DNA of 62,052 nt, the filler included, from Intoshia linei (taxonomy: Eukaryota > Animalia > Orthonectida): NCBI GenBank assembly GCA_001642005.1. It is 4 parts of 4 records of this genome, joined end to end, with 100 filler letters (N's around TTAATTAATTAA, not from the genome) between each part and the next. Parts side by side here need not be neighbours in the genome. Positions count along the whole stretch, not along the records: positions 1 to 22,230 come from LWCA01000599.1; 3 more parts are not named here. One strand, given 5' to 3'. Under the pieces are notes generated by a model. The model did no database searches. It was not told the origin of the DNA and worked only from the letters and a program-made list of their open reading frames with translations. Each line of letters begins with the position of its first letter. Position 1 is the stretch's first letter. Shown one piece after another: positions 1-15,000 of the stretch. A program made the translations under genes and the position numbers.

Positions 1-59
1 ATCAACATTAATTTGTAAATTTGTTTCGTCTTTTTAATGAAGCCCATAACGATTTAAAC

Positions 60-817
60 TTATTTGTGTGGTAACCTGTCAGAGTCCACAAAATTTTGTG
101 AGTGGTTTACCACGCCATGGTCGAAGCCATATAATGGAATTCTCGTATAGGATCTCCAGCCATCAGACATAATAATGGAACCAGGTTCAATGTATTCCCT
201 AATAAACAAAATATAAGTATTATTATAAAAATACATTATTGTATTGATTAAAACTTCCGCAGTTCTGTTTGGTACGAAAAGAATGAAACACTTTTTCGAC
301 TGCGATTCGACTCTACAGAAAACCCACTGTTCTGGATATAATTATCCACGGTTGTACTTTCTTTTGGAGACTTCAGTTTCGTCAATTTGAACCTCACTAC
401 CAGACCCCAATCCTTTCTGGATAATATATAATCATTGGGATACAAATATCTCTCATAAAGTTATTCCAATCAACACATGTTATAGATGACATCTTCAACT
501 CCCTATTTAGGAGTTTACGTGAAGCAACATTGAACGCCCAATAATAAATGAACTTCAGAATTTTGGAATAGATAAATGGCTTTGCTTAAATAAAGTACCT
601 ATTCGTATGGACATTTCCTTTGTGCATGGTTTTCCACAGCGCCATCTGTATCCATCAGTACTTTTTTTGTTTATTAAAGTTCATTATTTTTCCAGTCTAT
701 ACAACTTTGTGTTGATTTAATGAGCTTAAATTCTTTGCAAAACTTGATTGTTCTCTCTATATCCCTTACAATTTCATATAGAGTATCGTAATTAATGTCG
801 TTTAAGTCATGCGCCAT
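60..817 (-). mobile_element. Merlin (IS1016/ISXO2-like) DDE transposase pseudogene
   Basis: Minus-strand reading gives M...DGYRWRCGKPCTKEMSIRIGTLFKQSHLS, then SGSEVQIDETEVSKRKYNRG*...QWVF...KKCFILFVPNRTAEVLI, then EYIEPGSIIMSDGWRSY...GFDHGVVNHSQNFVD. These are canonical Merlin motifs. Contains stops/frameshifts and a 36-nt GT-AG intron at 199-234. Confidence 0.88.
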
Positions 818-1770
818 AATGATAATGAATATTTAATTATGTTAACATGCATTTACAATCATTACGTAAAGTTAAATTTAATTTTCAAATGACTGTGCTT
901 GAAATTATAAATAAAAAGTTCATATTGAGTGGGCTTAAACTAAACAAGACCACACACTGATATCAGTAATATGACAGTACAAAATCATAGGTAAAGCTTA
1001 TAGTAGACACACAATGTCATTTTTGTAAATCAAAGCCTAATTTATTTTCAAAAAAAAGTAAAAACATTAAACCTACAAAAAATTTACATATCACTCCTGT
1101 ATCCGTCAATGAATCATCTCTGGATAGCATTGACTCTATATCTCACCCTCCTTTTCATATTCACAGCCCCAAAAAATTGTAAAAGTAATTGTAAAATAAA
1201 CTTTTATTTTGATTTTGTATTCAATTCACATGATACCAATTTTGAGAAATTAATAAATCATTAATTAAAACAAAACTACGCGATATAAAATACTCAAATC
1301 TTGTTACCATCAGTGGAACGATACGCTTATCAAAAAAACATAAAGTTTTCCAAGATAGTCAATAAAAAACTGTTTTTTGATAAATTAATGTCATTTTTTG
1401 AAATCGATGTTATATATTAAAAACCATAGTTTGAATAGATGCCTCAAAATAATTTAAGTTAAATTGTATCTTTGTTAGTTAAAAAAAAATAAAAAAAACA
1501 TACAGAAAATCAAATTTAAATGTTTTCAAAAAAATATTGTTGCGTAATTATTTCGGTAACTACGCGATAGATGTCTCTGTAATTTTCAGATTATAGGTTA
1601 ACGACCAACCCCTTCACTTTCTTAATAAAATTTCCGAGATAGATTTTAAAAAATTCAAAAATGTTGCACTGTGTTATTTATAAAATTAATAATACTTTAA
1701 CATCACAAAAAAAATGTAATGTATTCAAAAAAAATAAATACGCAAAGATTTAAAAAATTTTTGTATTTTT

Positions 1771-2910
1771 TAGTGTGCCAAATTATTATGTAAATGATAT
1801 TAAACAATAATTTCCTGTTAATACGAATATATATTTTTTTAAAATATTTAAATGATATAATTCATGGTATTTTAAACCAAATTCAAGCAAAAAAAATTTA
1901 ATTAAACTTTACATATTAATATACCCCCTTTCCGGGATATTACAATAAAAAGTCGTTTATCCATGGATTTCGTGAGGTTTTCAATTTTTTTTGCATCGAT
2001 TGTTTTGATTTCTTTCAAAATTGCATGCCAGACATCGTTTTTTGATTGATATTGTTTATTCCCACAGTATATTCTTCTTTTAATTATAGACCACAGATTT
2101 TTAATATAATTAAAATCAGGAGAATTTTGCGGTCAACACATTATTTTTTCTGATCCATAGCCATTTAAGAAAGATATTCTTTTTTATAACGGGATGCATG
2201 ACTTGGGGCACTATCATGCATAAAAATGAAATTTTTAAAAAAGCTTTTTCTTATTTTTTTATCCACGAACAAATGTTATGTTTTAAAAACGCGCAGTATG
2301 TGTCATAATTAATTTTGACTCATCATCTAACTTAAAAGGTCCAATAATAGTGTCTTTCACAATTCTTGCCCAAATAATTATACTCCCACCACTTAATGCA
2401 ATCTTAAACAGTTTGGTGGTGATCTGTTATTCACTAACCAACTCTTACTCCTTACTTAAAAGTAAAATTTGAAAAATTTATCTTCATGTAATTTTTAACC
2501 CAGGATAGTCGTAATTCCATGTGTCTTTTCGTTAAACATGGTTTACCTTTACCAACCGTTTTTAATATTCTGCATCTCGTAGTTTTGAATATACCAGTTA
2601 ATCCTGATGATTTAAATATCTCTAGAGAAGTGCTAAGAGGGTTTCGAACCGTTTCTATTTGAATATTTGATATATCTTTAACATATACTCCTTTGAATGA
2701 TCCCTTTACATTTCTTTTTCTCTTGTTGGAATAGTTTTCTTTATATCGACAGATTCATCGATGATCGCGTTCTAAATTTGAAGCTATCTAATTTGTAGAT
2801 ATTCCGTTATATAACATTTTCAGGATTTTATCTTTTTCGTTAACAGTAAGTAATGTTAATTTACCCATAATTATCCTAAATGTTGATTAGCATAATAATT
2901 TGGCACACTA
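1771..2910 (-). mobile_element. Degraded Tc1/mariner transposon
   Basis: Perfect 20-bp inverted repeat TAGTGTGCCAAATTATTATG (1771-1790) / CATAATAATTTGGCACACTA (2891-2910). It flanks a decayed transposase with FMHDSAPSH and PQNSPDFNYIKNLWSIIKRR (SPDLNPIENLW-like) motifs. Confidence 0.85.
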
Positions 2911-3019
2911 AAAATTACCTAAAAATATAAAATGTTAAATAGAATGCTTTTTTTTGGGAGGTGATCATTTTTGTAACAATAAAGTTTTATATGGTCAATG
3001 ATTAAATTACGATAAAGTT

Positions 3020-3295
3020 TTGGCCCTGAAAATATATTTTTTTACATTTAAATTTATGATTTTAAAATCCGTATCAGAGAGTATATTTATTTAAATTCTC
3101 GAACTCGTTTGATTTTTGAAAAAAATGACAATTTGGCTTTTTGACCCGTAAAATGTGAATTTGAAAGTTTAAAATTTATCTCACTAACACCCGGAAAAAA
3201 ACTGTAATAGAAATGTGGACTTTAAAATTGTAAGACTGATAGTTATTGAAATAAGCGATAACACACACACAAACAAAACATATTATATAAGTAAA
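3020..3295 (+). repeat. Dispersed non-autonomous repeat family (possibly Helentron/HINE-like)
   Basis: Related copies share GAAATGTGGACTTT...AAGAC..TAG...AACACACAC...TATATAAGTAA at about 6865-7112 and 43975-44190. More distant copies occur at about 10030-10330 (-), 10600-10735, 37470-37650 and 54550-54870. Family assignment is tentative. Confidence 0.6.
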
Positions 3296-3924
3296 AATTA
3301 ACTAAATTTTTATTACACATTCATTTTCATTACAATGTTGTTTTTTTAATTAATTGATGTAAAAAAAATTTAGTGAATTAATCAAACTTACAGTTTGAAT
3401 ATATACATTAGGAATTTCATAAATTACAGGTATGATCCGTTACCAATTAGTCAAATTCAAACTTATTCAAAGATAAAAGTTTTTTGATTTACGACCAATA
3501 AATATTGTTCTAAGTTTTAAACATTTTGTTTAAAATTTAATCTTTGTATACATTCTGAATATAACCATCACAAAAGGAACTATTCTTTACAAAAATATAG
3601 AAATTTATAAAACCTTAAAAACTATCGAATAATAAATGATTCTTTAGTAAACCTTAAATTCATTTAAAAAAAAAGTTGTTATTTTCACATGATGGCAATT
3701 CTCGAAAATATTTGGTAATTTATATTCATTTTTTCATTTTATTTTACAATTCAAATTCACGGGATACATTTTATATATTTAACCACTCGTTTTATTTACA
3801 AAATGTTAGTTTATGTCTACTCTAGTGGTGATAATTGATTTCCGAAAAAAAATATACTAAAATATAGAAAATTTTTCCAACTACAACTGATTTTAAAATT
3901 TAAACACCTTAAAATCATTATAAC

Positions 3925-4071
3925 TACACTTTTTTCGATTCAAATTACAAAAGTTGATATTCAATTTAAAAAAGCTGACATTCAAATATAAAAAAATTCA
4001 TAACAAAATTCAATTTAATTTTTTTAATTTGAATGTCAGCTTGTTTTAAATTTTAATCGAAAAAGGTGTAG
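3925..4071. repeat. Small foldback/hairpin element
   Basis: Nested inverted pairs CTACACTTTTTTCGATT / AATCGAAAAAGGTGTAG and AAGCTGACATTCAAAT / ATTTGAATGTCAGCTT. Confidence 0.65.
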
Positions 4072-4271
4072 AAACATATCGTTAATTATAATACATTTAC
4101 CAGTTTTGGTTTTTGATCTTTAAAATTCAATGCTTTCAATACATTCGGATTCATGTTTAAAATTATTCGTAAAATTATTAAAATAATGAACTTTATTTTA
4201 AATTTAAAATAAAATAAAGTTATCAAATTTATCAAAATTTTCGTTCAATTAACCCTTACGAGACAATTGTC

Positions 4272-4700
4272 ATGTTTTATTTTACAGAATTGAAGGAAAC
4301 CTACGAAAACATAAATAAATGTTTGAAACTCATTAAATACTCTGAAAATTTATGGAAAATTTGCTGTGATTTGACACTGATATTTATTGTTAGCGGAACA
4401 CAAATAAGTGCTGTTAAATACCCATGGCTATTCTGTCTCTTTGATGTCACTGATAGGATTTATCATTATATAAAAATAAAATGGCCTGAGAAACCAGAAG
4501 TTGGTGTTATTGACCAGTTTAATTTTAAAGCATTACCTTTAATATCTAATTCTGAATGAATTTTACCACCACTTCACATAAAATTAGGCTTGGTTAAACA
4601 GTTTTTGACTCGATTGCACTAAATGTGTTTGATCTAAATTAACAATGGCACAAAAACGAATCTCTATTCTGAAAAAAATATTCCCAGAAATTTTAGATTC
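4272..4700 (+). mobile_element. Chapaev3-type (CMC) transposase fragment
   Basis: ELKETYEN...WKICCDL...KYPWLFCLFD...HYIKIKWP, then *ILPPLHIKLGLVKQF. This matches the LKETYEN/WKICGDLK/LPPLHIKLG core of Chapaev3-type transposases. Confidence 0.78.
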
Positions 4701-6088
4701 AAAATTAATAAAAGGAATCTTAAGGCCCTTCAACAAAAAAACTCTTGAAACTCGAGAAAAAGTAAAACAACAAAGCTAATATATCCATTTATTTATTATA
4801 TTATCTTATTTTTGCTATCCGTATCCAGTGTTATCAGAAAATAAACTAATATTTACGCAAATAAATGAGAAGAATTTGAAAATGCGATTTATTTAACATT
4901 TTGTACTATCACAACTTCCATATATAGAAATAAATCAAAGATTTAAAGTCATTTTTGAGATTTTAAAGATGTAGATTCAAATAATTTTTATTTTTAAAAC
5001 TGGTCAAATGGTTTTAAAACTCATTAAATAATACTTTTAACCATTACATTTTATCGTAGAAACTTTTCAATTATATGTCTTGTAATTTTTTTAAAGTAAC
5101 TATTTACAAGATTAATGACACAGTTTTAAAATGAGCAAGCCTATTGATCTTAAATTTTTTGGAATAAAATTTGATCGGGTAACTTGGTTTATGGTTAATC
5201 CATCGTACCCAATCAATATGACTTCACCCTTTCGTGACTATTATCATTTTTTTAATACACTGTTATATTGGCATTTTTAGTTTGTTTTTTTATTTACGGG
5301 TTCACCAAATGCTTTCATCATAAAATGGACGCGTATTAAGTGGCGATGTAAACCAGATATAGAAGAATTTTTATAATTTATCATTTACCCCAAATAGAGC
5401 TTTTTTCCTTTTCGTTTTCTCACGGAAAATAGTCCTATAAATTTTAGTAGAACATAAAGGTTATCTTAAAAATAAATAATATAATACCAAATTAATAAAT
5501 TAAATCATACAACTGAATTCAATTACGGTAAAATTTAATGTTGTTTTTTTATTTTTATATAATTGTTGTTATATAACTGAAATAATTATTATTTTGATTT
5601 TACACGCTTAAATTTATTAGCGACAATTAAAACTGATTATTCTTTGAAGATTTTATTTTTGCATTCATATAAAAAACTACATTTTTGAAATTTTCAAATA
5701 TAGTTTTAAATTTAAGAATATTTAAATTTGTCGAGAAAAGAATTCTCGAATGTAAGCACTAGTTGAATACCGTTAAACACCCTAATATACATGTATAAAT
5801 AATATGATTTTATTAGCTTATAATAAGTTTTTATATGCAGTCCCAAGATTATTTTTTTAGAAAGACAATATAGCCTATTTTACGTACCTTAATGGTACAA
5901 ATACACACTATTCTGAATACATTGTTATTCATTGTATTATTTTAATTTCATAAATTCTAAATACATTTATTAGGTTAAATGTATTGAAAATATTTAGAAT
6001 TGAGTTCATTGTATCAAATTAATTATACATTTATCTTTTATTTTTTAATCTCGTAAATTAAATAACTAAATATTTTGCAGTTATACTA

Positions 6089-9000
6089 ATGAAATTAATC
6101 AAATTTTGTGGCATAAATATATTATTATATTTTATTTCAATTTTACCATGTTTTCTGATGTTGAAATCATGTAAAACTGTAATTTTCGGATCATTTAATA
6201 TGCAAATTTTTGGAATTACAAAGTACAATAGAAATGAAGCGATGGTTTATATGAAGATGGTATTATTTTGACATGATTAACTCTATTAGAGAATTATAAT
6301 TTAATTTGAACATTAAATTGATAAAATAAATACAAAATGATAGTATATTAATTCCTGTCAGGGATTTCCTAATCTAAAATATTTTCGAAGTAACTATGAA
6401 ATTAAATTTTGTTACTAAATACATTTTACATTGCGATAAAACCGAAAAAACCTGGTTTTTAAATTTTCGGATAAATTGACAAAGCTACATCTGGGGACCC
6501 GCCATTGAGACATAATATTAAATACTATACTATTTAATGTATTAAAAATACATTCTGATTCATATATTAGATTTTAACAAGATATGATGTTATATTTTTA
6601 CAAGAAATTAGAGAAAAAAGACACAATAATGATTTAATTAGCATAGAAAAAGTTTTAATGGAAATAAACCACGAAGATGAATTTGGTTCCCAGTATAAAA
6701 TCATTTTAAGTAAAAGACTAGGTCGATCAAATTCAAAAGAAGTATATGCTTACATTTACAAGTAAACAATACCAATATTTCGAATATATTATGTATATCA
6801 AATTAAAATTGTGGTTGTGACTATTTTGTGGGTCGATTCATTTAATTTTTAGACTGTTAGAAGGGTAATGGGGTTTTGGCCCTGAAAATGTAATTTTTTT
6901 AATTTTTCCAACTTATTTGATTGTCAAAAAAAGGACAATTGGGGTTTTTGACCCGTAAGATGTGATCTTGAGAGCTTGAAATTTATTTTGCGAACACCCC
7001 AGAAAAACTGTAATTAAAATGTGGACTTTTTAAAATTTTAAGACGGGTAGTTATTTAAATAAAGTGGAACACACACACCAACAAAAATAGGGTAGCAAAT
7101 TATATAAGTAAGGATATATAATAATTTGTTTAACGTAAATCATACCAAGTACCCGTCCGTGAAGAATCTTATTCTGTGACGCTTTTCTGATTTGCATTTT
7201 AATATATTTATATTTATATATTTACTTCTATAGCAATAAAATTGTTTCAATATCTTCATACGGAACATTGATTGACAAGTCCGATGAATTTGAAAGAGAA
7301 CCATTTATTGCCAATATAAAAATAGATGAAAGTAATTGCATTATGTATAAAATGTTAATTTAAGTAATTTTATATTAATAATAATAATAATATAAAGGCA
7401 AACTGGTTTACAATTGCAATAATTATATATAATAAAAATTTTATTATTTAAAATAAAATAATAATATATTATTACCATAGTGATTATGAAAAATTTAGCA
7501 TAAATGAAATAGCTTATGTTTTCATCAATTAATGTGAACAATCATTAAATCCAAACCTACTGACCTAGACATTGTAGGCCTCTGGTGGGCCAAGTGCACC
7601 ATTTGGGAAACCTTGTGAAATTTTGGGAACCACTGTCCTAGATCCCTTCTAGGTTGTCCATTTAAATTTTTATGAAAAGTCTTCCAGATTTTTTTAAATT
7701 GAGAATTTAATATAATTTTTTTTTGACATCATAAATGTAAAATCCTGGCCCTTAAATAAGTGACGATGAGTATTACTTATCGTTATCGAAATTTTTTTTG
7801 TTTCTATTTTTGATTTTTATTTTCTGGGGAACCCTCGGGTATATTAGGTTCGACTTTATTTATCTTAAAAATGATACATTTTATATTTAATACAATTTAA
7901 TAATTATTTTGTCAGGTATGGAAGTATCATTGGTTGGAATTCACATAAAACCAGATGACGCACTTAATGAAATGAATTATTTACATAATTCAATTGAAAA
8001 ATACAAGAAGTTTTTATCTCCGGTAAATGATTTTGATATTTTCCAGGGCGTCTACTAAATAAATTATACTTATTATTTACACGATTCATTCATACATTTT
8101 TATATAACGATTAATTCGGCTCTGTTCGATGGTAAGCTTTTTTACGGAGAATTCGAAAATCTATGTATCATAAACTGGCTTTTTTATTTTTACCATTATA
8201 AAATCAGTATTGAAGATTAGATTGGAAGTTATTTAGGTGTTAGAAAGTTGTTTAAGAGCATCAGTCGGTTTTTATGTTTAAGAACTACTAATCGAGATTC
8301 TAGAATATTAAAAATATTTTCCAGCTTTAAAAAATTAATATTATACATTATTTACCTGTAGACCCGACATATTAGATATTAATAACAAACTCTGCATTCA
8401 TCTAATAATTGGGTAGTTTAGAATATCATTATATTGGGAGATTTTAATGCTGATTGCACGTATATGTCGTCAGATGATTGGAAAAATGTTAAATTTAAAC
8501 AAGACAACAACTATACTTGGTTAATAAACGATAACGAGGATACAACAGTTAATGAAAATACTCACTGTGCGTACGATCGGTATGTATATTTTTACTATTT
8601 TATACTATTTATACTAGCTTTTTGAATATCTAACTAACATCTTTTTAACATAAAAACTAAATGAGTAAAGGCGTTATACAATAAGGTGTTAACTTTTTGA
8701 TCGAATTTTATAAATTAAAAAAATATAAGGCCGCACGATATAAGAAATGCAATAAAATTAACATGTGGAGTGTTTGTTTTTAGTATTATTATAAAAATAT
8801 GGACCTACTCTGCAATTTAAAAATACCATAATATTTTAAACTGAAATTTACTATTATTATTTTTTTATGATTATTATTAATTTTATGTCGATTAACGGTG
8901 TCCTTATCTCATTCACCGTCAATGTATGTAATCGATTTAATTTTAGTAAATATTTAACGGTATTTATGGTACTGTCGTTATTTTATCCCATAAAGAAACT

Positions 9001-12000
9001 GAGGAACAGTATAAATGAATTTTTTCAATAAAATTAGAAGGTTTACTCTTTCGGAGTGAATTATATGGTAGAATACCAAACAGTGAAAAAATATCATAAT
9101 GATGCTCCAAACTTTTTTTAATGGTTGTATCATGATACAACTTACAACCATACAACTTTTATGGATCCAACAGTTACGAATTTTCCTTCATTGAAATTTC
9201 ATCAGCCTTATGCCCCGGTTGTATAATTTCTGTGAGTTTTTATATAAAAATTGCAGTTTTTTCAAAAATATGGCTTCTCAAAGATATCTACGTGATGATA
9301 ACCGCACTTCTGTTAACCTTTATTTATACATTTCTAGAGGGTTCTTTTTATTTTACAGATAGAATATGAGGTACATGAAACATTAAAATCTGATTAGAAT
9401 CAAAATAATTATTATTTTTTCATTCATATAAATATGTTAATTATTTACCGTTTATATTATTTTATCACAAAAAAAAATTTTAGCAATTACTGATGAAATT
9501 TTGAATATAAAATAGAATAAAAAAATAATTTTTTGTCATTAATTAAACCTATTTTAATTTTTTTCGCAGACAGGTATTATTGTTGTAAATAGAAATGACT
9601 ATTTCAATAAATACTATCAACATAATAGCAAGGTTACACACAATTTTATAATTTTATTTATGAAAACTATTTCCTTTGAGCAGGCCGATGTTTTGCAAGA
9701 TTAGGGTTAACGAATGATATTATTATTTTAGTATGTTTTTTCTTAACCTGTATGACTCTGTATTTTTTTTTTAGAAAAAAGTTAACACCATATTATACAA
9801 GCTTATCTTTTATCTATAGCAGCTTTTCCCAACGCGTCCACAACAGTTTTTGTAGGGGAAAAGTTATCCATGAAAAATTATTTAAAGACATAAAAAAGTG
9901 AATATGATATTTTGGTAATGATAGTAATTATTTCTAATTAACGCCGTCTAATTTAATATCTTTTTTCCATTACGACCAAATTTATGTGAATATAGTAAAT
10001 ACTCCATATAAACGTAAAAACAATAGTTATGTATCCTTAACTTATATAAAATGTTATGTGTGCGTTACCGTATGTTTAAAAAATTGATAGTCGTAGAAGT
10101 TAAAAAACCTAATTTTTGAATACAGTGTTTCCAGAGCGTGTTTATATTTATTTTGCATTTTCCCAATTTGAGCCCTTAAAGGTGAAAAACCCAATTTTCC
10201 CTTTTGTTTAAAAATAAAATCCACCCAAAAATTGAATAAAACATACATTCTGATACGCGTTTTAAAATCATTAACATTGTCGTAAATATCAGCCTTAGAA
10301 ATGCAAAGTTTCATGTTCAAAACCACAAATTACATTATGTTTATTTTAAAAATGAAATATACTAAAATTTTATAAAACATAAATTCTGGGATATATTTTA
10401 AATACATAAACATTGTCATCAATGGCAACCTCAAAAAAATGCATTTTCACGACCAAAACTCCAAATGCCCTTTTTTTGAAAGGTAATGAATCATTACTAA
10501 TTATCATGTAAATTAAAAGGTAATGATCTTCAAAACTGTCAGTGGAATGTGTTTTTTTTAATTTAGGGTTGGTTTTATTTTCAAAATAAGATGAAATTGA
10601 GTTTTTTACCCAAAAGGACTTAATTTTGGAAAATCAAATTAGCGATGCTGCATCACTATTGAAAAACTGTATTACCAATTAAGGCTTTTTAAAAATACGG
10701 TAACACATATATCAAATTTTCTATAAGTAAAGATATAATGTATATAATTTTTTTTGGGATCGACAGGTTTTTTTAATACCATTGTAGAGGTCCACAGTGA
10801 AAAAGGGTTGAGAATGCCTGATCTATAGTATAGAAAAGATTTAGATTTTATACTATGGAAAATAATTATCTCGGAAGAAATTAATTCAAATTTTTCATAT
10901 TTTTTTAATTATTTCGACGTAAAACCTCGTTTGAAAATACAAAATTTAGAATAATTGTAACAAACACCTTTAATGTAAAAATGGCTAGCGTATTTAATTT
11001 TGAAAGAGAATATCAAATATCAAATGAATTGGTATGTAAATTATTAATTAATTATAAAAGATGAGATTATCAATATGAATATATATTTGGTTTTCCCATC
11101 CCTGGTTAAATCCTTACTTATACGAAGTAATCTACAATGTAGTCCAAAATGTATACCTGTCGGTTTTTTCCATTTATTTAAGAAAACAGGAGGCGTAGAT
11201 ATTTACCATTAATTATATTTATTCTAACTTGACATAACCTTAACGAAATCATAATTACAGCGCTAAAAAAAACAATAAGAAATTTATTATTCACTTTATC
11301 CTTTTTTGAATAACAGGACAATATTACATTTGAAAACATTATTTTGTTCGAAATTTAATAATTATCCATCTCATAAATAATTCACCCATAGGTTACAAGC
11401 ATATGTTAACATTGAGAATCAATATTTATTAAAAATAAGGATTTGTTGATTTTAAAAATTATAAGACTCAACAACATACATTGTACATGTAGAATCTACA
11501 TTGTTGATTAATAATATGATAAAATTTTCAAAAAGTTTTTTAATAATGAATGAAGCATCCAAATTTATAAATAAAATTCTATCCTACATAGAGTTTAAGA
11601 TGTGTTTTATTTTATTTTTAATGATATTATGACACGTGATTAAGATGTCGGATTTAAGTTAGTTCATATTGCTTTCCATCGGCATAAGCATGTCTTGACA
11701 CAATTCTCTACATATTTTCAATTTTATTAAATCGGGAATGCAAGTATGCCGGCCAAAACGACAATAGTATTATCCTCTAACCCAGGCTTCTCAACGGTGG
11801 GCGAATCGCCTCTACTGTATATTGTTTAGGTATAACCTTATAATTCCGTCACCATTACTATTATTTCAGAGATATTCGATCATTTGTACAAGGATTTATC
11901 CAAAAAATTATTATTTAGCTGTTTAATGATGCATAAGATTATACTATCTAATAAATATGAACGTACATTTATTACAAATCATATCGCGCCACCCATAATG

Positions 12001-15000
12001 GTCAATTCACACCTAATATACATAATGTACATCTATTATACATTGTATCTATTTAATTTCAGGCAAAGGCAGTAAGTGACCACTATCCGGTAGAAATAAT
12101 ATTCGAGGTTAATAATATGGTAGAGTCAAAATCATGTTCCATTAATTACGATATTCCAATTAATTCAAAATTACTTGATTGTGGTGAGTTCTTAATAGGA
12201 TCATTCAATATGCAAATATTTGGTAAAACAAAATATAGAAATAAAAAACTTATTCATTACATTACAAAGGTATGAAAATATTATAATTATAATTCTACAG
12301 TCACCCCTCTCAATACCGCCATTTTGGTTTTTTGATATTTTATGCGTTATTGAGAGTACGTTATAGCGAATAATATATAATATATAAAATGGATACGGTT
12401 ACTATGTATTAATAATCATTCGTATAGTAAAATAATAATAAAATGAAGTTCATTTATCCAAAAAACGCGTTTTTAATACATTTATTTATGTATATTTATT
12501 TGTAAATTTAATTAATAATAATATCATTGTATTTCATTAATAATTTCAATAATAACAGTTTATATTAAATTATTCATGATTTTAAATTAAATTATTATTA
12601 AATTATTATTACATTGTACATTGTACACTGTATGTATTATTAAATTATATTGAACTCATTTTAATAAAATTTTTTTTAAAAACATTTCAAAAGTGTGACG
12701 GTAATAAGAAATTTTCTTATAAATTTGTTATAAAATTGAAATATAGTGGGGTTATTGAGAGATTTGACTGTATATATATTATAATATACATATAAAGTAG
12801 GGAATTCCTACTGGGGATGGATTAAGCTGACTTTTTTTTCATTAAATTTTTTTAACAGTACATGGTCATAAGATTTAATTTTTGTGCATATTTTTTTACA
12901 GAAGAGCGATAAAATAAGATTAACTAAGAGTTTAGCCAAGTTTTTATAAGCATAGCAGTTGTTTCACATTAAATTTTTCACGGATCACTAAAAATGCAAT
13001 TTCTAAGAAACGTCCCAATATTATCACTACTTTATATTTTGAATTCTTTGTTCAATATTATATTTTTTTGTATTATAACAATGTTTAAGAACCGCTGAAT
13101 TAACTAATGATTAAATAAAAGCTACTTTTACTAATATTAATATTATATGCAAATACATAAAATTTATAACAGTAAAACTATTGTACGTGCAAGAACAATC
13201 ATAGTAAATTAATTTTAAGGTAGCATTTCAACTTTTAGCAGCTGATAATATTAACTTAATATTGACTATGACTAAATTTACAAGGCACAATCTACAAAAT
13301 ATTGTAATACTTGGAGATAACAATATAAATATACTAGCATACATGACACTTACTAAAAAGCATGAAAACTTAGTAAGAATGTAGTAAAAAAACTTATTAA
13401 TTTCGGTTGAGCTAGTCCGGTGGTTAATTTGAAATTTTTTTTATTAAAAATGACAGAATTGTATTTTTTTACAAAAGATTTTTCTAGACATACAGGTTAT
13501 ATATCATCAAACTTTACAATGCACACAGTGAAAAATTTTAAATTATTTTAATCTTATATTTCCCATCTAATATTGATTATATAATGATCAGGATCGTAGA
13601 GAGGTGGATAGGGGTTACACTTAGTGGGCCTACAATCAATACCGAACATATCGCACCTGAGACCGATCTTATGTGGCGTCGACGAAATTTTTGTATAATG
13701 AAACATCATTTCTCAAAATTGACCAGGGATTGGAAATAATTGATTGCAATCAATTATTTTGTATAAACCAATTAATTGTTTGCTAAATATTAATTTTTCA
13801 ATTAATTAGTTTTTTTCATATAACTGAATAAATTTAAATTGAATCCTTTTATTGACGAATGAGTGGATGAAAATATTAATTAATAAACAGAAAAATGATG
13901 TATTTAACCTATTAGTTTAACTTTTATGTACTTCGAACAAACAGTATCATAGTATTTATTATAACGACATCACAGTTTTTTAAAAAATATTATGATATTG
14001 TTATCAACCTTGAATTAATTGAAATTTTTTATTTTTCATAAAGAAATTAATTGAAAAATAATTTTTGAACAAACAATTAATTGATTATTTTTCAATAATT
14101 TTTACTAATTAATTGCAATTAAATTGGTTGCAATCAATTAATTCCAATCCCTGAAATTGATTATTAAAAAATTATATTTTTGAACCCAATTACTATTTGG
14201 TGTGTTAAATTTAAAATATCGAGTAAAGAATTTTATATATTATTAATTATATTAATATTTATAATATTTATATAATATATCTAAATATATATAATATTTA
14301 GATCATCGAAAGATATGATATTTTATTGTTACAGGAAATACGAGAAAAACAAGGAAATGGCTTAATTAGCATAGAAAAACTAATTATTGAAATGAATAGA
14401 AACAATGCTGATCAATATGGATTATATCTTAGCAAGGAAATTGGAAGAACTAGATCTAAAGAAGCGTATGCATTTGTGTACAAGTAATCACAAACTTCAG
14501 TATATATTGTATACATTTTATTCGACTTTTCATTATTGTCGTATTTATTTTTCTATTGAGCACAAGTTTGCACCCAGGTTAGCAAAGTAGTTAATTTGGA
14601 ATTTTATAATAAATGATATTTGATAAATTAGTTAAGGTTTACTAAATGGCAGATATTAATAAATTGAATTAATATTACATTTACTTTTTTTATACAAATA
14701 TGAGCTAGACTGTTGTGTACTTCGTACCATCAACAGCTGGATTTTCCGATTGCGAACTTTTTTAATTATACCAAAATAATAAATTCAATAAAATGCCACT
14801 ATTCACAATTAACAGTCCTTTAAAGGAGTGATCTCAGACTTAACCCACAGTTATTCAATTTTATATAATTAGAGAATTTAAGCATGCTATTTTTTTCGTG
14901 AGTTTTATGGTATGAATACAATTCTGTCGGCGAAAAAATTGTTTATTTGAATATGATTTTGAATATAAAAATTAATATTAATTATGAACATGTAAACAAT

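Noticed and set aside
8960-9300. Possible gypsy integrase relic on the minus strand
   Set aside because: Only weak hints (GHKA, SLWDKIT); too degenerate to support.
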